Shown here in pieces: positions 58,919 through 64,000 of a stretch of 64,000 bases of DNA; the first letter of the stretch is position 1; each line of letters starts with the position of its first letter. Under the pieces are notes generated by a model, which saw nothing but the letters and a program-made list of their open reading frames with translations, made no database searches and had not been told where the DNA came from. Origin of the DNA: Abditibacterium sp. (lineage in GTDB: Bacteria > Armatimonadota > Abditibacteriia > Abditibacteriales > Abditibacteriaceae); the NCBI GenBank assembly GCA_965246885.1, contig OZ251992.1, forward strand, positions 3,040,001 to 3,104,000, written 5' to 3'. Position numbers and translations under genes: made by a program.

Positions 58919-60121
58919 TTAACCCAACAGCGTTCGCACCGCCTCGGTCATGGCGCGCGCGCCCAGTAGCACCGCGCTTTCGTCCACGTTAAAGCGCGGG
59001 TGATGGTGCGGAAACGTCGCGCCGATGGCCGCGTTACGCCCGCCGACGAAGAAGTAACAGCCGGGGATTTGCTCTAAAACCAGCGCCATGTCCTCGGCGC
59101 CGAGCGTCGGCTCGAACTCCAACAGGTTGTCCGCGCCCGCCACGCGCTCAAAAGCGGGCCGAAGCCGCTCGACGAGCGCCGCGTCGTTGACGACGGGCGG
59201 AAAGCCGGGCACCCACTGAAGCTCACCGCGTCCACCGAACACAGGCGGCAAACCAGCGACTATCTCCCGCACGCGCCGCTCCAACAGCGCGCGCACGTCC
59301 GATTTAAACGCGCGCGTCGTGCCCGACAAATGGGCTTCGCCGGGAATCACGTTAAAAGCGCTGCCCGCCCGAATTTCGCCGACCGTCACCACCCCCGCAT
59401 CGAGCGGCTTCACGTTGCGCGCCACGATGCTTTGCAGCGCCACGACGGTATGCGCCGCCATCAGAACCGCGTCCACCGTCTCGTGCGGGAGCGCGCCGTG
59501 CCCGCCTTTGCCTACTATCTTAGCGCGAAACTCGTCGGAACACGCCATGACCGGCCCCGGCGCGACGCCGATTTTTCCCTTCTCCAAGGGACTCCACACA
59601 TGAAGCGCAAGCGCGAAATCGGGCCGGGGGTCTTGCAACACGCCGCCCCGAATCATGCGCCCCGCGCCGCCCAAGCCTTCCTCGGCGGGCTGAAACATGA
59701 ACTTGACCGCTCCCCTTAAACTGTCCCGTTGCTTGCAGAGCAACCGCGCGACCGACAAGCCCACCGCCATGTGCGCGTCGTGCCCACAAGCGTGCATCAG
59801 CCCAGAATTGCCCGATTTCCACGCCCACTCGTTCTCCTCTGCAATGGGCAGCGCATCCATATCCGCGCGCACCAAAACGCACGGCCCCTCCCCCGCCCCG
59901 CCGCGAAGTAGCCCCACCACTCCCGTCCCACCCACTCCCTCGCGCACTTCCATTCCCAACGCCCGCAACCGCGCCGCGATAATGGCAGCCGAGCGCACCT
60001 CCCCAAACCCAATCTCCGGGTGCGCATGAAAGTCACGCCGCAGCGCGATGGCGTCGCTCTCCCAAGGCAAATCGAGCGACGGAGCGACGGTTTTCTGCAG
60101 CAGTTCAGGCGGGAAAGTCAT
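58919..60121 (-). CDS. M20D family amidohydrolase
   Basis: HAHPE, RADMDALP, MHACGHDAH, FQPAEEG, AED, HHPRF. Confidence 0.92.
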   Translation of the reverse strand: MTFPPELLQKTVAPSLDLPWESDAIALRRDFHAHPEIGFGEVRSAAIIAARLRALGMEVREGVGGTGVVGLLRGGAGEGPCVLVRADMDALPIAEENEWAWKSGNSGLMHACGHDAHMAVGLSVARLLCKQRDSLRGAVKFMFQPAEEGLGGAGRMIRGGVLQDPRPDFALALHVWSPLEKGKIGVAPGPVMACSDEFRAKIVGKGGHGALPHETVDAVLMAAHTVVALQSIVARNVKPLDAGVVTVGEIRAGSAFNVIPGEAHLSGTTRAFKSDVRALLERRVREIVAGLPPVFGGRGELQWVPGFPPVVNDAALVERLRPAFERVAGADNLLEFEPTLGAEDMALVLEQIPGCYFFVGGRNAAIGATFPHHHPRFNVDESAVLLGARAMTEAVRTLLG

Positions 60122-60194
60122 GGCGGGGAGTTTAAGGGGCAGATTCCAAGGGCGCTTGCGAGCGAGCGTCTACGCCTACATCGCCAAAGTCCCC

Positions 60195-61193
60195 CTACTT
60201 CAAAAGCGTCCGGAACTCGTGGTAACTGACATTGGGGTCGAAGCCGCCTGCGACGCCCTTGACGACGACGGCGATAGCGTCGTGGGAATGGAGGGATTCT
60301 TGGTGGGAACAGACGATTTTGAAGTCGAGAACGCGGGCGTCGCGCTCTAAGGCTTCGTACAAGAGGCGGGCGGCGTCTTCGACGAATTTGAGGTAGGCGC
60401 CGTTGAGTTCGGCGAAGGCTTGCTCGTCCTCGCGCTTGACCATGACCTGCGTTTCGGTTTGCAAGGCGGCCAAGCACATTTCCTGCAAATCTTCTATCCA
60501 GATGAGCTTGTCGGACTTAACCGACACGCGGGCGACGGAACGCTGGGAGTGCGAGACCGTCGCTTTACCGCGCGTCGCGCGGGCGTGCTCGGCGAGTTCA
60601 AAACTGCATGGGCACGCCGACGAATAGACGAAATCCAAGTGCAAAACCTTGTGAATCTTGTCGTCCGCGTCCATGCTCATCTCCAAAATCACGTCGTAGT
60701 ATTGGAAGCCGGTTAACTCCGAGCGCAAAGAGCGTTGCGGGATGGGATACGAGAAGCGCAGCATCAACTGAGCGCGGAACGACCCCAAGGCGCGCTTGTA
60801 ATCGCGCAGAACAGCTTCCAACGTGTCGAAAGTAAAGTGGTCTTCCCCGGCATGCTCGTAGAAGGTGCGCATGATACGGCTCATATTGATGCCTTTCTTG
60901 CTGGCTTCGAGCGAAACAGTGCCAGTAACGGAGGTTTCCAGTTCCAAAAACTCCCCGGAATCGCGCTTGCGGTAGCGGATGGGCAAGCGGAAGTTGTGGA
61001 TACCGACGCGTTCCAAGGCGACGACGGCGCCGCGCACGCTCATGCCGGTCTGCGGGTCGGGGAGAGCGGCGACGTAAGCGGCGTCAGCGACGAAATCACG
61101 GTCGTAAGCGAAGTCGAGGGCGGGGCGAAGTGGCTCTAAATCGCGCGCGACTTGAGCGGCGACGTCGCTCAGTTGTCCGTTCATCTCGCTCAT
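60195..61193 (-). CDS. folE2: GTP cyclohydrolase IB
   Basis: KGINMSR, SACPCS, HSQRS, VKREDE, FVED, ESLHSHDA. Confidence 0.93.
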   Translation of the reverse strand: MSEMNGQLSDVAAQVARDLEPLRPALDFAYDRDFVADAAYVAALPDPQTGMSVRGAVVALERVGIHNFRLPIRYRKRDSGEFLELETSVTGTVSLEASKKGINMSRIMRTFYEHAGEDHFTFDTLEAVLRDYKRALGSFRAQLMLRFSYPIPQRSLRSELTGFQYYDVILEMSMDADDKIHKVLHLDFVYSSACPCSFELAEHARATRGKATVSHSQRSVARVSVKSDKLIWIEDLQEMCLAALQTETQVMVKREDEQAFAELNGAYLKFVEDAARLLYEALERDARVLDFKIVCSHQESLHSHDAIAVVVKGVAGGFDPNVSYHEFRTLLK

Positions 61194-62002
61194 CGCGTCA
61201 CCTCGAAGCCGTTTTTGGCCGTTTCTTGCAGCGCCACCCTTGCGAGGCGGAAGCCTTCTTTCGCTAAGCGCGCGTCCAATATCTCCCAAATCGTGAGCGC
61301 CAAATTCTCGCTGGTGGGCACCTTGTCCCGGAACTCAGGGCAGTCCGTGTTCAGATGCTTGTGGTCAAAGCGGGCGAAGACCTCCTCCTCGACGACCGCA
61401 TCGAGTAGCGCGGGTGGGATGATATACCCCGTTTGCGCGTCGGGCCAGCCCTCGACGGCGACGGTTAAAGCGAAGTTGTGTCCGTGCCCCGCGCGGTTCG
61501 AGCAGATTCCGAAGCGGTCGAGGTTGGCGGCGTCATCCAGTTCGGGGAGCGCCAAACGGTGCGCGGCGGCGAATTCAAATTGGCGGGAAAGAGTCATAGT
61601 GTCAGGGGAAATTTGGACGCACACCCGCGCGCCTTCTTCCAAGCGAAGCGCCGCAAGCGTCGCGCCTTTGACGGCGTGTGGGAACGATTCCCATAGATAA
61701 AGCGCGAGATTCTCCGCCGTCGGGCGCTTATTGGCGAAATATGGCAGAGAATCGGGCAGCCACGCGCCTTCTAAGGGCAACATCAACGCGGATATAAGCG
61801 GTTTTAGCTCGGCGATATTGACGATCATGCCGTCTTCGGGCGATATGGCGCCGGAAAAGGTCAATTCCAGCGCGTAGTTAGCGCCGTGCGGCCCGCAATC
61901 GCGCCCAAAAGCCGCACGGTTGCCCGCCGCGTCCCAGTCGGGATGGAACAGGCGACGGCCCAGCGAAAACGCCGCGCGGCGCGACAGGAACACGGTAGGC
62001 AT
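61190..62002 (-). CDS. Tandem-domain 6-pyruvoyl-tetrahydropterin synthase family protein
   Basis: Domain 1 degenerate (HGANY, PTAEN); domain 2 AAHRL, CSNRAGHGHNF, DHKHLN, PTSEN; ATGA overlap with folE2. Confidence 0.85.
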   Translation of the reverse strand: MPTVFLSRRAAFSLGRRLFHPDWDAAGNRAAFGRDCGPHGANYALELTFSGAISPEDGMIVNIAELKPLISALMLPLEGAWLPDSLPYFANKRPTAENLALYLWESFPHAVKGATLAALRLEEGARVCVQISPDTMTLSRQFEFAAAHRLALPELDDAANLDRFGICSNRAGHGHNFALTVAVEGWPDAQTGYIIPPALLDAVVEEEVFARFDHKHLNTDCPEFRDKVPTSENLALTIWEILDARLAKEGFRLARVALQETAKNGFEVTR

Positions 62003-62021
62003 AGGAGCAACAGTGCAGTGT

Positions 62022-62232
62022 GGACGGTTCACCGGCAGGGGCGGACGGCTCACCCGCGCGGGCGAACCGGTGACGCGCATAATTCTTCCGGCCACCGGGT
62101 TAATTCTTTCGACGACACGCATAGTTTTCCTTTCCACCGGGCGAATTCTTCAATTAGCACAGCTAATTCTTCGCTTCGCCGGGTTAGTTCTTCCGACGAT
62201 GCGGTTAATTCCCGCGCCAGTTAGCTAATTAT
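62022..62232. repeat. Degenerate 21-bp tandem array
   Basis: TAATTCT-like word at 62080, 62101, 62122, 62143, 62164, 62185, 62206; GGACGG(T/C)TCACC at 62022 and 62043. Confidence 0.9.
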
Positions 62233-62341
62233 TTTGCCGCCGCGACCCGGCGAGCGGTTGGCACACGTGGCTGAAACGCTCGCTTGCCAATGGCACTCTT
62301 TACATTTAACCGTACAAAAGCTGCCCTTGGGGCGCAACTTT

Positions 62342-62357
62342 TGGCGCGGCGCTTGCA
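62342..62357 (+). promoter_or_regulatory. Possible sigma54 (-24/-12) promoter
   Basis: TGGCGCG-GCGC-TTGCA, one mismatch to TGGCACG-N4-TTGCW, ~80 nt upstream of the glycosyltransferase. Confidence 0.35.
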
Positions 62358-62437
62358 TTATGCTCGGCGTCCGCACCCAACAGGCGATTCTCCACCCCCC
62401 AGACACGCCACAAGCGCGACTTTTCCGCGAGGTTCAT

Positions 62438-63655
62438 ATGTCACTATCACTTGCAGGCGTGGCGTCGCCTTCCTATCCGCTCATCGTGTTTTGCCACCTG
62501 CGCTGGGACTTCGTCTGGCAGCGCCCCCAGCAGTTCCACTCCCGGCTCGCCAAACGGCACCGCGTTCTGTTTGTCGAAGGCCCACTCGTGGACGCGGGCG
62601 ACTTCGAGCCGTATTACACCCTGCGCGCTGTGCCCGAACACCCCGGCGTAACCGTCATGCAGATGCACTTCTCGGAAGTCGCGTGGGGACGCGGCGGGGA
62701 ATACGTGGACGGGATGCGCCGCACCCTCTTAGACCAAGCCCTCGCCACCGACCTCAAGGGCCGCTTCGAGGCGCCCGTCGCTTGGTTCTACGACCCGATG
62801 GCTGTTGAGTCGCACCTCGGACAGCACGGCGCCGTCGCCACCGTTTACGATTGCATGGACGAATTGTCAAAGTTCCGCTTTGCGCCGCCCGAACTCATCG
62901 CCCGTGAGCGCCGCTTGCTCCTCAACGCCGATGTCGTTTTCGCCGGTGGTCGCAAAATGGCGCAATCGAAGCGCCGTTACAATACGAATGTCCACTTCTA
63001 CGGTTGCGGCGTGGATGTCGCCCATTTCGGCAAAGCGCGCGCCTCGTCCACTCCCATCCCCGACGACATCAAGGGCATCGAAGGCAAAGTCTTGGGCTAC
63101 TTCGGCGTCGTGGATGAGCGCTTGGATTACGATCTGCTCGCAGGCTTGGCCGACGCTAACAGCGACTGGCACGTCGTCATGATCGGCCCGACCGCCAAAG
63201 TCAACCCCGCCGAGTTTCCGCAGCGCCCAAACCTCCATTGGCTCGGAGGCCGCGATTACTCGCTCCTCCCCGCTTACACCAAGCGCTTCGACATCGCGCT
63301 TATGCCCTTCGCGCTCAACGAAGCGACGGAATACATTAACCCGACCAAGGCCCTCGAATACATGGCGACGGCAACGCCGATCATTTCGACGCCCGTGCCG
63401 GACGTGGTTTCCAACTTTGCCTCGGTCTGCAAAATTTCAAAGAGCGGCTCTGAGTTTATTCAGTTGGCCTGCGAGCAAGCGGCGCAAGTGGATCAAGTCG
63501 CCGTTGAGCGCGGCATCAAAATGGCGTCGGAGAATACGTGGGAAGCCATCGTCGCCAAAATGGAAGGCCATATCAGTGACGTGTTCAGTCGCCGCGCCGA
63601 AGTGCAAGCGCGCGTTAGAATCCCCGTTTCCTACCCCGTCGCCACCGCCGCTTAA
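62438..63655 (+). CDS. Glycosyltransferase (GT-B fold), type associated with UDP-galactopyranose mutase
   Basis: HLRWDFVWQRPQ, YDCMDEL, GVVDERLD, NPTKALEY. Confidence 0.88.
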   Translation: MSLSLAGVASPSYPLIVFCHLRWDFVWQRPQQFHSRLAKRHRVLFVEGPLVDAGDFEPYYTLRAVPEHPGVTVMQMHFSEVAWGRGGEYVDGMRRTLLDQALATDLKGRFEAPVAWFYDPMAVESHLGQHGAVATVYDCMDELSKFRFAPPELIARERRLLLNADVVFAGGRKMAQSKRRYNTNVHFYGCGVDVAHFGKARASSTPIPDDIKGIEGKVLGYFGVVDERLDYDLLAGLADANSDWHVVMIGPTAKVNPAEFPQRPNLHWLGGRDYSLLPAYTKRFDIALMPFALNEATEYINPTKALEYMATATPIISTPVPDVVSNFASVCKISKSGSEFIQLACEQAAQVDQVAVERGIKMASENTWEAIVAKMEGHISDVFSRRAEVQARVRIPVSYPVATAA

Positions 63656-63669
63656 CGCGGTTACCTTCC

Positions 63670-63699
63670 GGGACATGGCAACGGTGCCATGTCCCTTTT
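63670..63699 (+). terminator. Hairpin with U tract between the glycosyltransferase and glf
   Basis: GGGACATGGCA-ACGG-TGCCATGTCCC-TTTT. Confidence 0.55.
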
Positions 63700-63715
63700 C
63701 GTTTGTCATACCACA

Positions 63716-64000
63716 ATGTTCGATTATCTTATCGTGGGCGCCGGATTTTCGGGCGCCGTCATCGCGGAGCGGCTGGCTTCGCAACAAGGCAAGAAGTGCT
63801 TGGTCGTTGACCGTCGCAACCACATCGCGGGCAACGCCTACGACCACTACGACGACGCGGGCGTGCTGATTCATAAGTATGGCCCGCACATCTTTCACAC
63901 CAACTCCAAAGATGTCTTCGACTACTTGTCCAACTTCACGCAGTGGCGCCAATATCAGCACTGGGTCAAAGCCTGCGTGGATGGGCAGATGGTACCCATG
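63716..64000 (+). CDS. glf: UDP-galactopyranose mutase, 5' part (truncated by the window end)
   Basis: Manual translation MFDYLIVGAGFSGAVIAERLA..RNHIAGNAYD..HKYGPHIFHTN. Confidence 0.93.
   Translation, partial: MFDYLIVGAGFSGAVIAERLASQQGKKCLVVDRRNHIAGNAYDHYDDAGVLIHKYGPHIFHTNSKDVFDYLSNFTQWRQYQHWVKACVDGQMVPM

Overview
A GC-rich bacterial chromosomal window, densely coding, with about 55 supportable CDS or pseudogenes and one tRNA(CAT). There is no rRNA, CRISPR array, integrase or transposase. The gene content (prepilin-type 'AFTLIE..IAILAAI' stub, orphan ARC/Mpa-type ATPase, fused Ahb/Nir protein, many secreted CAZymes) suggests an Armatimonadota/Abditibacteriota-like organism; this is inference only. 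Recognisable housekeeping genes: ligA, ftsY, arc, a splB-like gene, rluD, copA, recJ, bioU, mdh, miaA, pdxT, folE2, a tandem PTPS and glf. Observations most worth following up: (1) bioU is co-oriented in an apparent operon with dedicated, translationally coupled FabG-like and FabF-like genes, a candidate unrecognised route to the biotin pimeloyl precursor, interrupted by a repeat-flanked GxxExxY pseudogene; (2) dispersed intergenic elements with exact 21-bp periodicity, four of which share 14-22 nt words, occur as tandem arrays and as long perfect palindromes; (3) a dehydrogenase gene is bracketed by an ~88% identical duplication of the arc 3' end; (4) a circularly permuted, membrane-interrupted ACP-like protein lacks the phosphopantetheine Ser; (5) a phage-type single-strand-annealing-like gene sits behind a near-consensus sigma70 promoter next to the tRNA; (6) three genes carry single in-frame stops, one of them in a decaying LacI-prepilin-PA14-glycosidase cassette. 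All product calls come from motif recognition by eye, with no database searches.
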